From a virus, in the IMG/VR virus record IMGVR_UViG_3300005274_000001, positions 1-64,000 of that record: a DNA stretch of 64,000 nt. The stretch is one strand, 5' to 3'. Made by a program: the position numbers and the translations under genes. Below, piece by piece: positions 19,290 to 28,255 of the stretch; positions within the stretch are counted from its first letter, which is position 1, and each line of letters opens with the position of its first letter. A model generated the notes under the pieces. The model was not told where the DNA came from, searched no databases, and saw only the letters and a program-made list of their open reading frames with translations.

Positions 19290-21149
19290 ATGAAATTAGA
19301 TAGGTTTTTCAAGAGCAAGGTAGTGGAAAACAATAAAATTTCATTTAAGGAATTTCTTGAAGAGAAATTTGTAAAAAATCCACAGAAATATTCTAGAAGT
19401 GCACACAAATACCTCTTTGATGCGATTACATACTTTGGGTTTGACGAAGAAAGAAATATTCCCAAAATCTTTGCAAACGAATTGTTTGGAGTTGACGACA
19501 AAATAAGAGAATTTATGACCATTTTGGAAGCAGGTGCAAACGGTCATGATGTAAGAAGAAGGATTATCCTTTTCGTAGGACCAGTAGGAACAGCAAAGAG
19601 CACTTTTGTAAGTATCATCAAAAAGGCGCTAGAAAGGTATTCTAGAACAGAAGATGGGGAAATCTACGCTATAGAATTTTGTCCAATACACGAAAACCCA
19701 CTCAATTTAATTCCAGAAGATGCAAGAGATGACTTTTATAGGGAGTTTGGAGTAAAAATAGATCAAGAGCTATGTCCAGTTTGTAGATACAAATTGGAAG
19801 AACTAAAGTATGAAGATGTCAGCGCTGTACCAGTAGTTAGATTTACTTTTTCTGAGGCTGAAAGGAGAGGAATTGCTACATTTGTTCCTGCAGATTGGAC
19901 TTCACAAGATGTTTCTGTACTTGTTGGTTCTGAAAACTTTAGAACTGTACAAGAATTAGGTGATCCTTCTCATCCTTTAGCTTGGAACTTCAACGGTTCA
20001 TTGTTTGTTGCCAATAGAGGAATTCATGAGTTTATTGAGCTTCATAAAGCAAAACCCGATCTACTTTTCCCTCTAATTACTGTTGCGCAAGAAAGAAAAG
20101 TAAAAGTTGACAGATTTGGTCTAATAGATGTTGATGAAGTGCTAATTTCACATACAAACTACGCAGAATATAACAAATTTGTTGGCAAGAAGGAAAACGA
20201 AGCGTTAAAAGACAGAACAAGAGAAATAAATTGGATTTACAATCTAAAATGGGACGATGAGGAAAAAATTTATAAGAAAATGTTAGGAGAAACTAGCTAC
20301 CACTTGGCTCCTTGGACACTAAAATTTATTGCAGGCATTGCAATAATGTCTAGATTATCACCAGATAGAGATAAAAAGTACGATTTGTTAACTTCATTGA
20401 AACTTTACAACGGTGAGTATGGTGCAATGTACTCTGAATACCATGTAGACGAAATGAAACATCCTGACGATGGTAAGTTCGGCATTTCGCCAAGGATAGC
20501 AGTAGATGCGCTAAGCTTTGCTTCAGTAGGAAACACTTGTGTTACTCCGATCAGAGCTTATGAGAAGTTGGAAGAAATAATTAAATCTGGAAATGTCGAT
20601 ATATCTCATAAAGAGTTTTTGGCACTAAAAGACATGATTTTGACAGAATACAATAAATTTATTAAAGACGCAGTTTTTAGAGCTTTCATTGGTTCTTCTT
20701 TTGCTACCGAAGCACAAAAGTATGTTGATCGTTATATTGAAAACGCTCAGGCGTTTATTAATGGAGAAAAAGTAAAAGATCCATTTACAGGAAATTATGT
20801 AGAACCAGATGAGAAATTCTTGAGGTCAATTGAAGAATTAGTTGGAATTTCTAAGGAAGCTGCAAAAGATTTTAGAATGAAAATTCTTGTTAAAGCAACA
20901 AACCTACTTAGAATGGGTAAAAAGATTACCTATGATATCCATCCTTTATTGAAGGAAGCAATTGAAAACAAGATCTTTGGAGATAGAGCAACATTTATAC
21001 GAGGCTCAATAACTTCAGTAGTTAAAACAGAAGAACAAGAAAAGCATATACAAGAAGCAGTTGAAGAACTTAAAAAGGTTGGTTTTTGTGAGGTTTGCGC
21101 TAGAGAAGCTATAAGCTATGTAGCCTACCTGCTTGATGTAGCAAGATAA
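19290..21149 (+). CDS. prkA: PrkA/YeaG AAA+ protein (annotated family: serine protein kinase)
   Basis: LFGVD, GPVGTAKS Walker A, CPIHENPL, ANRGIHEFIELHK, HTN, EALKDR, GISPR. Confidence 0.95.
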   Translation: MKLDRFFKSKVVENNKISFKEFLEEKFVKNPQKYSRSAHKYLFDAITYFGFDEERNIPKIFANELFGVDDKIREFMTILEAGANGHDVRRRIILFVGPVGTAKSTFVSIIKKALERYSRTEDGEIYAIEFCPIHENPLNLIPEDARDDFYREFGVKIDQELCPVCRYKLEELKYEDVSAVPVVRFTFSEAERRGIATFVPADWTSQDVSVLVGSENFRTVQELGDPSHPLAWNFNGSLFVANRGIHEFIELHKAKPDLLFPLITVAQERKVKVDRFGLIDVDEVLISHTNYAEYNKFVGKKENEALKDRTREINWIYNLKWDDEEKIYKKMLGETSYHLAPWTLKFIAGIAIMSRLSPDRDKKYDLLTSLKLYNGEYGAMYSEYHVDEMKHPDDGKFGISPRIAVDALSFASVGNTCVTPIRAYEKLEEIIKSGNVDISHKEFLALKDMILTEYNKFIKDAVFRAFIGSSFATEAQKYVDRYIENAQAFINGEKVKDPFTGNYVEPDEKFLRSIEELVGISKEAAKDFRMKILVKATNLLRMGKKITYDIHPLLKEAIENKIFGDRATFIRGSITSVVKTEEQEKHIQEAVEELKKVGFCEVCAREAISYVAYLLDVAR

Positions 21150-21155
21150 AAAAAG

Positions 21156-21310
21156 CCGGACACCTACAGAAAAATATCACAAGTAAGCATTCGTAATCAC
21201 TTTTGATATCTTTTCTGTAGAGTGCCCTTCGCTGCTTCTTTTTGAGAAGCAGGAAATACTACCTGCTATCTCCCTAATAATCGGAAGACTTGCAGGATAC
21301 CTGAATAAGT
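21156..21310 (-). ncRNA. Putative omegaRNA scaffold of the IS607 TnpB
   Basis: Long stem ctacagaaaa(21164-21173)/ttttctgtag(21211-21220) extended by atatca/tgatat; second hairpin ctgcttct/agaagcag near 21232-21252; overlaps tnpB 3' end. Boundaries inferred. Confidence 0.55.
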
Positions 21311-22628
21311 TGACTTTTATTGGCCTTGAAAGTTTATCTAACCAATTGTTTAAAGCAAAAAATGTTTCTCTTGCGTTACTACCTAGCGCCTTTATTGCTA
21401 AATTTAGCGCTCCATTTAAGTCTGCATTAAAAGCCTTTTTGAGTCTAAGGTCTATGAAAAGACCTCTTTTGATTCTCTTTCCTTCTAATTTGAGATTTTT
21501 AACTTCTTCTTCAGAAATATTTTTTATTCTTTTGTTCTGCAATATTTCTATATTTCCGCTTGCTGAAGAAACTTTTGAAGTCCAGCTTTCTTCTTCTCTA
21601 ACTACCTCAATGCCATACATTTCACACTTGTATTCTATAATCTTCAAAAGTTTTTCTAAAGGAAAAAATCTAAATGTTTGATTAAATCTTGCCCCCTTTT
21701 TACTTTCTCTTTGATATTCCCCATTTAATGAATTCGGAATTATTACTTTTCCTACTCCCCTTTCAAGACATATTCTTACGATTAGGTTTGCTACTTGATG
21801 CAAGAATCCTTTTATTCTCTTTTCTCTATATCTCCATAATGTTCTTTCAAGAGTTTGCTCCCCTTTGCTTTTTAGTTTTGCGCTAAGTTTGTTTGTCCAT
21901 TGATTAAATGATTTTAGTGGGTTTCCATCAACTATAAAGCTTCTTAAATTTTCATCATTTGAAATGCAAGAAACAAGATTTTTTACTCCTACATCTATAC
22001 TTAGCCACTTGTTTTTGTTAAGTTCTGTTTTCGGTTTTTGAATTTCGTATGTTATTTTAAAAACAGCTTCTATGTCTTTATACCAAGTTATCTTTACGTT
22101 CCGAACATTTATTTCTTGGGGAATTTTTACTTTAACGGCCCCAAAATCAGTTCCAAGTCTGATTACTATTGAGTTTTCTTTTCCTCTTTTCAAATTTCTT
22201 TTATCAACCAACATATTTTGATTTGTAAAAATTGTAAATTTGTGAACTTTTTCTAGTTTTTTAGGTTTTGGAAGAGAAGATTTTTCTCCTCTTTTCCACT
22301 TTTCAAGAACGCTCTTTACTTCTTTGGAAACTTGTTGAACCAAAGCTTTTGCGCTGTCAGATCCTATTTTATTTTTCCAAAGTTCTTTTAGCTTTTCTCT
22401 GTAATCTTTAATTTTTTCATTTTCAAAAGCTAAACTTTCTTTTCCTTTAACAAACTTCTCAAGGAAATAAGCATTTAAAAAGGGTTTTATATCTTTAGTG
22501 TTCCTGTAATATTCCCATAGACAAAGATATATTAAGTTTTTAAATTGTTGAAAAGTCAAACTTGCCTTCTTTAATTTGTTTAAGACACTTCTTTTTGTTA
22601 TTGATATTTCAAGCGTTAGAGTTTGCAT
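21177..22628 (-). CDS. tnpB: TnpB RNA-guided endonuclease, IS607 type (rearranged RuvC, no Zn finger)
   Basis: RuvC-I SIDVGVKN; canonical RuvC-II Glu replaced (KVIIPNS) with alternative Glu in EEESWTSK; RuvC-III NADLNGALN; RIKRGLF. Confidence 0.9.
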   Translation of the reverse strand: MQTLTLEISITKRSVLNKLKKASLTFQQFKNLIYLCLWEYYRNTKDIKPFLNAYFLEKFVKGKESLAFENEKIKDYREKLKELWKNKIGSDSAKALVQQVSKEVKSVLEKWKRGEKSSLPKPKKLEKVHKFTIFTNQNMLVDKRNLKRGKENSIVIRLGTDFGAVKVKIPQEINVRNVKITWYKDIEAVFKITYEIQKPKTELNKNKWLSIDVGVKNLVSCISNDENLRSFIVDGNPLKSFNQWTNKLSAKLKSKGEQTLERTLWRYREKRIKGFLHQVANLIVRICLERGVGKVIIPNSLNGEYQRESKKGARFNQTFRFFPLEKLLKIIEYKCEMYGIEVVREEESWTSKVSSASGNIEILQNKRIKNISEEEVKNLKLEGKRIKRGLFIDLRLKKAFNADLNGALNLAIKALGSNARETFFALNNWLDKLSRPIKVNLFRYPASLPIIREIAGSISCFSKRSSEGHSTEKISKVITNAYL

Positions 22629-23193
22629 CTTCTATTGCTCCTTTTATACAACTTTCAATTTTTTTTGTTTTGTAACTTCTAGTTCCGTAAATTTTTGAAG
22701 TTATATAATGTACAAAGCTGACTAGTTCTTCTACTGCGTCTTTGATTTGCTCATCTGTAGAAAGTTCCTCAGATTTATCTATAACATTTATTTCAACATC
22801 AAATCTTGAAAAAATTTCTTCAAAAAGTTCAAAGGCTATTCTTGAAAGCCTATCTTTTGAATAAATGACTACTCTTTCTATTTCTGAACCAAAAACCATA
22901 TCAATTAACCTTTTAATCCCTTTTCTTTTAAAATTAAAAGAACTTGCAATATCTGTTATTACTTCGTCAATTTGCAATCCCTTTGAAGCACAATACTGCT
23001 TACAGAGCTGTATTTGGTGCTCAAGATAAGATTTTTGCTTTTGCGTAGAAACTCTAGCATAAATAACTGTTTTTCTTGGAAGTTCCTTTCCTTTAAGTGA
23101 GAAAAATTGTTTTACATGGTCTTCTGTAAATCTATATCTTCCTGCAGGCGTTTTTAGTGGAACAATAAGTCCCCTTCTCCGGCATACAACATT
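22609..23193 (-). pseudogene. tnpA: IS607 TnpA serine recombinase lacking start codon and most of its N-terminal HTH
   Basis: Frame is open 216 nt beyond the ORF-track TTG: NVVCRRRGLIVPLKTPAGRYRF...VIYARVSTQKQK..., bounded by TAA (23194-23196) with no in-frame ATG/GTG; the two nearby ATGs are out of frame. Confidence 0.8.
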
Positions 23194-23211
23194 TTAGCAC
23201 AAAATAGAGTC

Positions 23212-23240
23212 TTGCCTTAAAAGGCATTTTGTGTTAAGAT
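23212..23240 (+). promoter_or_regulatory. Promoter of dNMP kinase, back-to-back with an extended -10 facing the IS
   Basis: TTGCCT-17 nt-TAAGAT; on minus strand TGcTAAAAT at about 23190-23198. Confidence 0.7.
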
Positions 23241-23249
23241 GTGTCTAGT

Positions 23250-23828
23250 ATGTACCTACCTAGCCTAGTAGGATTAGTGGGGAGAGCAGGTTCTGGAAAG
23301 GACAGGTTTTATTATTCAGTTTTGGCGCAATACAACTATGTAAGAATTGCCTTTGGCGACCCTGTAAAGGTTCTATCAGTAATTCACTTGTTAAAAAGTT
23401 ACCCTGGAATTTTAGAAAAAGAAGAACAATTGTTAAGAGTATTTCCTTCTTTGTATCTCGAACTGTTTTCCAATCAAAAAACTTCTTTGTCTAGGACTCT
23501 TCAACAATATATAGGAACAGATTTAGCAAGAAGTTTTGATGAAAATTATTGGATAAAAATAGCAGAAGAGTTAATAAAAGAAAAGCTAGAAAAAGGAATT
23601 CGAGTAACTGTTACTGATGTTAGATTTTTAAATGAAGCAGAAAGCATCAAGAAGCTTGGGGGAGTTTTAGTCAAGATAGTTGGCAAAGGTTCATACGATT
23701 TCGATGACTTAGAAGCAAAACATCAATCAGAAAGTGAATTAGAAAAAATAGTTTGCGATTATACAGAAAGTGAATTTGTTTCTTTAATTAAAGAGCAAAG
23801 AATTTATACTCCAGAAGCGGAAGAGTAA
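23250..23828 (+). CDS. Deoxynucleoside monophosphate kinase
   Basis: GLVGRAGSGKD, AFGDPVK, R..LQ..GTD..R, TDVRFLNE, HQSE. Confidence 0.92.
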   Translation: MYLPSLVGLVGRAGSGKDRFYYSVLAQYNYVRIAFGDPVKVLSVIHLLKSYPGILEKEEQLLRVFPSLYLELFSNQKTSLSRTLQQYIGTDLARSFDENYWIKIAEELIKEKLEKGIRVTVTDVRFLNEAESIKKLGGVLVKIVGKGSYDFDDLEAKHQSESELEKIVCDYTESEFVSLIKEQRIYTPEAEE

Positions 23829-23863
23829 CTTTCTTTTCTCCATGGGATTGGTAAGCAAATGCG

Positions 23864-23902
23864 AAATAAAGGACAGGAATTTTCCTGTCCTTTATTTTTT
23901 TT
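23864..23902 (+). terminator. Intrinsic terminator
   Basis: aaataaaggacaggaa/ttcctgtcctttattt hairpin followed by a T run. Confidence 0.85.
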
Positions 23903-23915
23903 GTTTGTTTTTGAC

Positions 23916-23944
23916 TTGACCACAAACGGGAAGTGTGCTATCAT
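23916..23944 (+). promoter_or_regulatory. sigmaA-type promoter of tRNA-Thr
   Basis: TTGACC-17 nt-TATCAT with extended TG. Confidence 0.8.
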
Positions 23945-23960
23945 AGCTTATGAGATGCAT

Positions 23961-24036
23961 GGCCCCGTAGCTCAACAGGAAGAGCACCCGCCTTGTAAGC
24001 GGGGGGTTGTGGGTTCGAATCCCACCGGGGCCTCCA
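23961..24036 (+). tRNA. tRNA-Thr(UGU)
   Basis: Acceptor GGCCCCG/CGGGGCC, D stem GCTC/GAGC, anticodon stem CCCGC/GCGGG with loop CTTGTAA, T arm GTGGG-TTCGAAT-CCCAC, discriminator T, encoded CCA; 76 nt. Confidence 0.97.
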
Positions 24037-24041
24037 GAAAC

Positions 24042-24377
24042 ATGAAAAAGATAAAAATAATAACCTCTTCAGAGCCCAATAAAGATTTTGTTAATATTAA
24101 TCTTCTAAATCGCAATGGACTTTTGAGAAAGAGTGTTACTTACGGAGTTATGTTAAGAGAAACAAATTATGGATTTTTTGGAATTAAAGGAGAAGCGTAC
24201 TTCAAAAACTATGTTAAAGATGTCTTTGTAAACGGAAAAAATAAACTTCTAGAAGAACTAAAAACGAAGGACACAATAAATCTTGTAACCATTGACGGGA
24301 AGGAAAATTTTTACAGCAAGATCGTAAAAGAAGTTTTATCTGATCTCTTAATAGAAGAGGGTTTTGAAATTATTTAA
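24042..24377 (+). CDS. Hypothetical protein starting 5 nt after the tRNA CCA
   Basis: 3' part of ORF-track 23859..24377; start moved to MKKIK. Confidence 0.7.
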   Translation: MKKIKIITSSEPNKDFVNINLLNRNGLLRKSVTYGVMLRETNYGFFGIKGEAYFKNYVKDVFVNGKNKLLEELKTKDTINLVTIDGKENFYSKIVKEVLSDLLIEEGFEII

Positions 24378-26229
24378 GAGCTTCGTTGTCAACAATTTCA
24401 CCAAAAACTCTTTTGGCAAATTTTGCTTCTTCTTCTCTAATAATTTTGTCAAATTTATCAAGTATACTTCTCTTTTTATCCACTTTAAATAAGTCATTTT
24501 CTAAACCTTTTGGAGTACCAATTACTGATATTGTCTGTAAAGGAAGGTTTACCAAAAGGTAAGTAAGTATTGCTACAGTATCGCTCATATCTTTTGATGT
24601 ATCTGGTTTATGGTCAACTTTCTTTTTTTCTCTGTCTTCTATTAAGTTAGCTAATTCCCAAAATAATACTGGATGATAGTAAAGATGTATTCCGCCATTG
24701 TCTAGCCTATCTCCCTTTCCAGAAGAAGGAGGTGCCTCACCAAAAAGTCTTTCTCTTAGTAGGGCGTAATGCTCATAGTTTACATATTTGTTGTAAGTAA
24801 CTTTCATATGAGGATATCTTCTTTTTAGCCATTGCGCTGTTGAAGCTGAGTTGTATATATCAAAAAATGCGTGTGTGATGTTAAATTTTCTTTCTTCTAT
24901 TAGCTTTTCTATAAGATTGTGTACAGCGTTTATTTGAACCTCTTCTTCATCAAACATGTATCCAGTAAACCTAAACACAAAATCGATGACTGGTCTAGGA
25001 ATTAATTTTCCTTCCTTTGAATAATAGAATTCTCTATGTCCAAGAGCTATTGCGTAAGCATCTCCTTCTGTAGAAACTCTTCCCAAACCAGGATCAGCTA
25101 CAAGGACGTATTCAACACCATCCTTTCCGTAAAACCAATCCTTAAATTCTAAATTGTAAGGATTTATTTTTTCATATGAACCATCTTCTTTTAAGGCGAA
25201 AGCTTCAAGTTTAGGGTTATTGTAAAAATCTTCTGGGGGCAACGGAAACTTTAATGGATGAAGTTCCGAAGATTTCATAGCATTTTTTAGTCTTTCCAAA
25301 TCTGTAAACCAAGCGTCTATTGGTTGTTCTGGAGGATTACAAGCATAAATTGTTTCTGCTTCTACAGGATTTTTTTCAAACTCAGAAGCAAAGGTTTCTC
25401 TTGTTATCATTGGATTTGGATTAAATTCCCAAGTAGGATATTTGGCTACAAAAGAATGAGGAAGCCCTAAATGTTCTTTATATAGTTTTTGTATCATTCC
25501 ATTTGATTCGCTGTAACGCATGTATGAAATAGCGAAAATTTTTTCTTTTCCATTAAATCTTGACCTAGAAGAAGACCTTAACATTGTCCACATTTTTTCT
25601 GGATTTCTAAAAGACTTAGCATCTATTTCGTCTGCTACTGCCACAAGAATGTTTTTTCCTTCTAGAGAATCGCTTTCAGAGTGGCCGCTAACTAGATGAA
25701 TGTTTTTAGGAAAGATAATGTGTTTTTCTTTTATATCTGTATCTGGATTAAAGCCAAACTGTCTAAAGGCTTTTGGACCAGCGTTTCTTATGTAATTTTT
25801 TAGTGGATCAAAAAATACACTCGCAGCCTGATCAGCTGATGCGGCAACATTGAGAAAAGTAATAATTTCTGAACTTGGTATTCCAAAATATTTGTGTGGA
25901 GAATACATACAAAGTAGACGATAGACAAGCCTCATAAATATTATTCTTGTAATAAAATCCTTTCCTCCACCTTTTCCAACCCAAAGAATTATATAGTTAA
26001 TACCATTTTCAAAATCATCTGCTATTTCTAAGACCTTCTTTTGTGGCTCAGAAAGACCATAAAGATTTATTCCCAAATAGTCATTACTAGTTACGAAAGT
26101 AATAATATCTACTGGTTCTACTTCATAAATATCTTTCGGATTTAACTCTGCTTTAGCCTCATAGGTTTTTTTCTCTATGAGGGAATTTATATCTCTAATT
26201 ATTGAAAAGCTTTCATTCTTCTTCGGCAT
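24370..26229 (-). CDS. terL: Terminase large subunit
   Basis: Walker A GKGGGKD, LEGKN, Walker B VAVADEID, PTWEFNP, nuclease ADPG...D...KVDH...KDMSD. Confidence 0.9.
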   Translation of the reverse strand: MPKKNESFSIIRDINSLIEKKTYEAKAELNPKDIYEVEPVDIITFVTSNDYLGINLYGLSEPQKKVLEIADDFENGINYIILWVGKGGGKDFITRIIFMRLVYRLLCMYSPHKYFGIPSSEIITFLNVAASADQAASVFFDPLKNYIRNAGPKAFRQFGFNPDTDIKEKHIIFPKNIHLVSGHSESDSLEGKNILVAVADEIDAKSFRNPEKMWTMLRSSSRSRFNGKEKIFAISYMRYSESNGMIQKLYKEHLGLPHSFVAKYPTWEFNPNPMITRETFASEFEKNPVEAETIYACNPPEQPIDAWFTDLERLKNAMKSSELHPLKFPLPPEDFYNNPKLEAFALKEDGSYEKINPYNLEFKDWFYGKDGVEYVLVADPGLGRVSTEGDAYAIALGHREFYYSKEGKLIPRPVIDFVFRFTGYMFDEEEVQINAVHNLIEKLIEERKFNITHAFFDIYNSASTAQWLKRRYPHMKVTYNKYVNYEHYALLRERLFGEAPPSSGKGDRLDNGGIHLYYHPVLFWELANLIEDREKKKVDHKPDTSKDMSDTVAILTYLLVNLPLQTISVIGTPKGLENDLFKVDKKRSILDKFDKIIREEEAKFAKRVFGEIVDNEALK

Positions 26230-27001
26230 AATCTACATCTAACGCATTCTTTTCGTTTAATTCTTTAATTCTGTTTCTTACAGCAGTTGTGTTGACAATA
26301 AGTGCGATAAAGTCTTCCAAAGAGTTAGCTTCTATTAATGCCCTAGCATATTCATCTTGATAAAGTCTTTCTTGAAGCTTTACTGCAGTTTGCGGATCTA
26401 GTTCTGATAAGATTTCGTACATCGCCTTTACAAAGGCAACTTCTCTTTGTCTATCAAGAACCTTCTCTATAAGATTTAGATAGGTGTTTGTTTGGTCAAC
26501 AGAAAGCTTTAGCAAAACTTCAAAGCGCCTTATGCTGTCTTTCCAGGCATTAAGAAGTTTTCTGTTTTCAAGAACTCCATCAATTCCTTTTTCTGCTAAT
26601 AAAGCAGATATTTTTTCTCTTAGTTTTTTTGAAATTACTGTGTTGAAGGTTATTTCCTTTGATAATGCGCTAACAGAGTTAAAAAACGAATACAAAACGC
26701 TAAAATGAGAACTAGGATCTACAAAACTGAGTTCCTGCAATTTTTTATCATCAAAGTAAAATAGATAAAAATCTTGAAGAAGCTTGTGTATTAAGCTTGT
26801 AGATACGCCATAACGATTAGATATTTCATTTATGCTCAGTTTATTGATAGAATAGTCTTCTAAAACTTTGGCAATCAAATCTCTTTTTGATAGGGTTTTG
26901 TGGTTTTTGTGTGTTTCTTCTAAAGATTCAAACAAAGCGATTGCTTCTTGTAAATCCTCCTTTTCTGCTTCCTTTAGTAACTTAATGTTTATATCTTTCA
27001 T
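26213..27001 (-). CDS. HTH + helical protein, terminase small subunit candidate
   Basis: LSINEISNRYGVSTSLIHKLL HTH; directly upstream of terL. Confidence 0.5.
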   Translation of the reverse strand: MKDINIKLLKEAEKEDLQEAIALFESLEETHKNHKTLSKRDLIAKVLEDYSINKLSINEISNRYGVSTSLIHKLLQDFYLFYFDDKKLQELSFVDPSSHFSVLYSFFNSVSALSKEITFNTVISKKLREKISALLAEKGIDGVLENRKLLNAWKDSIRRFEVLLKLSVDQTNTYLNLIEKVLDRQREVAFVKAMYEILSELDPQTAVKLQERLYQDEYARALIEANSLEDFIALIVNTTAVRNRIKELNEKNALDVDYAEEE

Positions 27002-27381
27002 AGTTCCTCTTTACAGCTATCTAAAGTTTCTGGTATAAAGTGTCTTTCGGATCTTTTGTTTGTTTTTACAAACATCCAAATTATTTCACCAGCAACTTTT
27101 GTTTTTCTTACTGCTTTAAAGATTGTTTCAGAACTTTCACTCCAGGAAAAAGTATCCCCTTCTTTTAGGCATTCAAATCCTTCATAAGGAAATTCTACAT
27201 AGTCTTTCTCACTTTCTATGTCGTCTTCTTTTAATCGTTGAAGTATGTATCTCCTCAAAGTAGAGTAGGGAATATTGTATTTAACTGAAAGATCGTAATA
27301 ACCAGCTTCTTTATCTCTAAGGTACTCTTTATAGACCTCCTCTAATAGCCTTCGTTTTTCTTCAGAGATTTTTCTTGGCAT
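26998..27381 (-). CDS. HTH DNA-binding protein
   Basis: YYDLSVKYNIPYSTLRRYI. Confidence 0.65.
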   Translation of the reverse strand: MPRKISEEKRRLLEEVYKEYLRDKEAGYYDLSVKYNIPYSTLRRYILQRLKEDDIESEKDYVEFPYEGFECLKEGDTFSWSESSETIFKAVRKTKVAGEIIWMFVKTNKRSERHFIPETLDSCKEEL

Positions 27382-27904
27382 ATTCTTTGAAATCCTCTGG
27401 ATCTAACTCTTTTATTTCTTGGGGCAACGCATCAAAGTCTTTTGATAGGCCATATTTGTTTAATATAAAATAAATTTTGTTGATTAGAACATTTTTTTGC
27501 TTTATTCTCGACTGAGCATCTTCTTTTAGTCTGTTTTTTGTTTCTGATATATCAGCTGATTCTTTTTCACAAAAATCTGAGTATTTTTCTTTAAACACAT
27601 CTGGTGGAAGTTTTCTCAAAGACTCGTCAAGGCTATAAAAATCGTTTTTACATCTAATTACAAAAAAAGACCTGTTTTCTAATTCTATTAACTTTTCTTT
27701 ATCAATTATTTTATTCTTATTAGAAACTTCTTCTTGAGTTAAAGATTCTTTTTCTTCTGAAGCATTTTTATTTTTTTGTTCAACATTTTCAGGGGGTTTT
27801 TGATTGTTTAACGATTGTACCGCCTTTAGCAAATTTAAAATAAGAGATAAAACCTGAATAACTGTTGGGAAAATCAAAAATAAAGACTTTATAAAGTTAA
27901 ACAT
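27362..27904 (-). CDS. Hypothetical protein with hydrophobic N-terminus
   Basis: GAAGGTG SD; 180-aa ORF. Confidence 0.75.
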   Translation of the reverse strand: MFNFIKSLFLIFPTVIQVLSLILNLLKAVQSLNNQKPPENVEQKNKNASEEKESLTQEEVSNKNKIIDKEKLIELENRSFFVIRCKNDFYSLDESLRKLPPDVFKEKYSDFCEKESADISETKNRLKEDAQSRIKQKNVLINKIYFILNKYGLSKDFDALPQEIKELDPEDFKEYAKKNL

Positions 27905-27935
27905 AATTCACCTTCCAAAATGATAAAATGTATGT

Positions 27936-28202
27936 GTGGAAAAACTCATTCATATTTATTATATCAAATCTGCAATTTCTGAAGACAAGAAAATAAAATT
28001 TCTTAAACTAAAAGACTTGTGCGTAAGGCTAGAAGATGTTTCGATAAAATCTTGTAATGAAGAAACTTTAAACAGAATGTTTGTCAAAGAGCACATAGTA
28101 AATTCTCCGTACTCAGACGAAATGACTTTATTAAAATTTGCAGAAAAATTAACTGCTTTAAGAAAAATTTATGGAGATAACAAAATACTAGAAATAATTT
28201 AA
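27936..28202 (+). CDS. Hypothetical protein
   Basis: TGaTAAAAT-6 nt-GTG leaderless start; ends at terminator. Confidence 0.7.
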   Translation: MEKLIHIYYIKSAISEDKKIKFLKLKDLCVRLEDVSIKSCNEETLNRMFVKEHIVNSPYSDEMTLLKFAEKLTALRKIYGDNKILEII

Positions 28203-28203
28203 G

Positions 28204-28250
28204 TCCCCCTATGTAACAAAGATTTGTATTACATAGGGGGCGGATTTTTT
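28204..28250. terminator. Hairpin terminator between convergent genes
   Basis: ccccctatgtaa/ttacataggggg stem then T run. Confidence 0.8.
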
Positions 28251-28255
28251 ATTTA

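Larger units (their letters stand above)
21156..23185 (-). mobile_element. IS607-family element (tnpA serine recombinase + tnpB), 5'-truncated
   Basis: Overlapping tnpA-tnpB; CCGG at both apparent ends (21156-21159, 23179-23182); hairpins at the tnpB 3' end. Ends approximate. Confidence 0.85.

Noticed and set aside
21177-22628. TnpB as a nuclease-dead TldR-type repressor
   Set aside because: The missing canonical RuvC-II Glu is explained by the alternative Glu (EESWTSK) typical of IS607 TnpB; both Asp residues are present.
23859-24041. N-terminal extension of the 172-aa ORF
   Set aside because: Overlaps a terminator, a promoter and the tRNA.
261-26229. Inteins or introns in polymerase, RNR or terminase
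   Set aside because: ORFs are continuous; insertions are short and lack intein terminal or homing endonuclease motifs.
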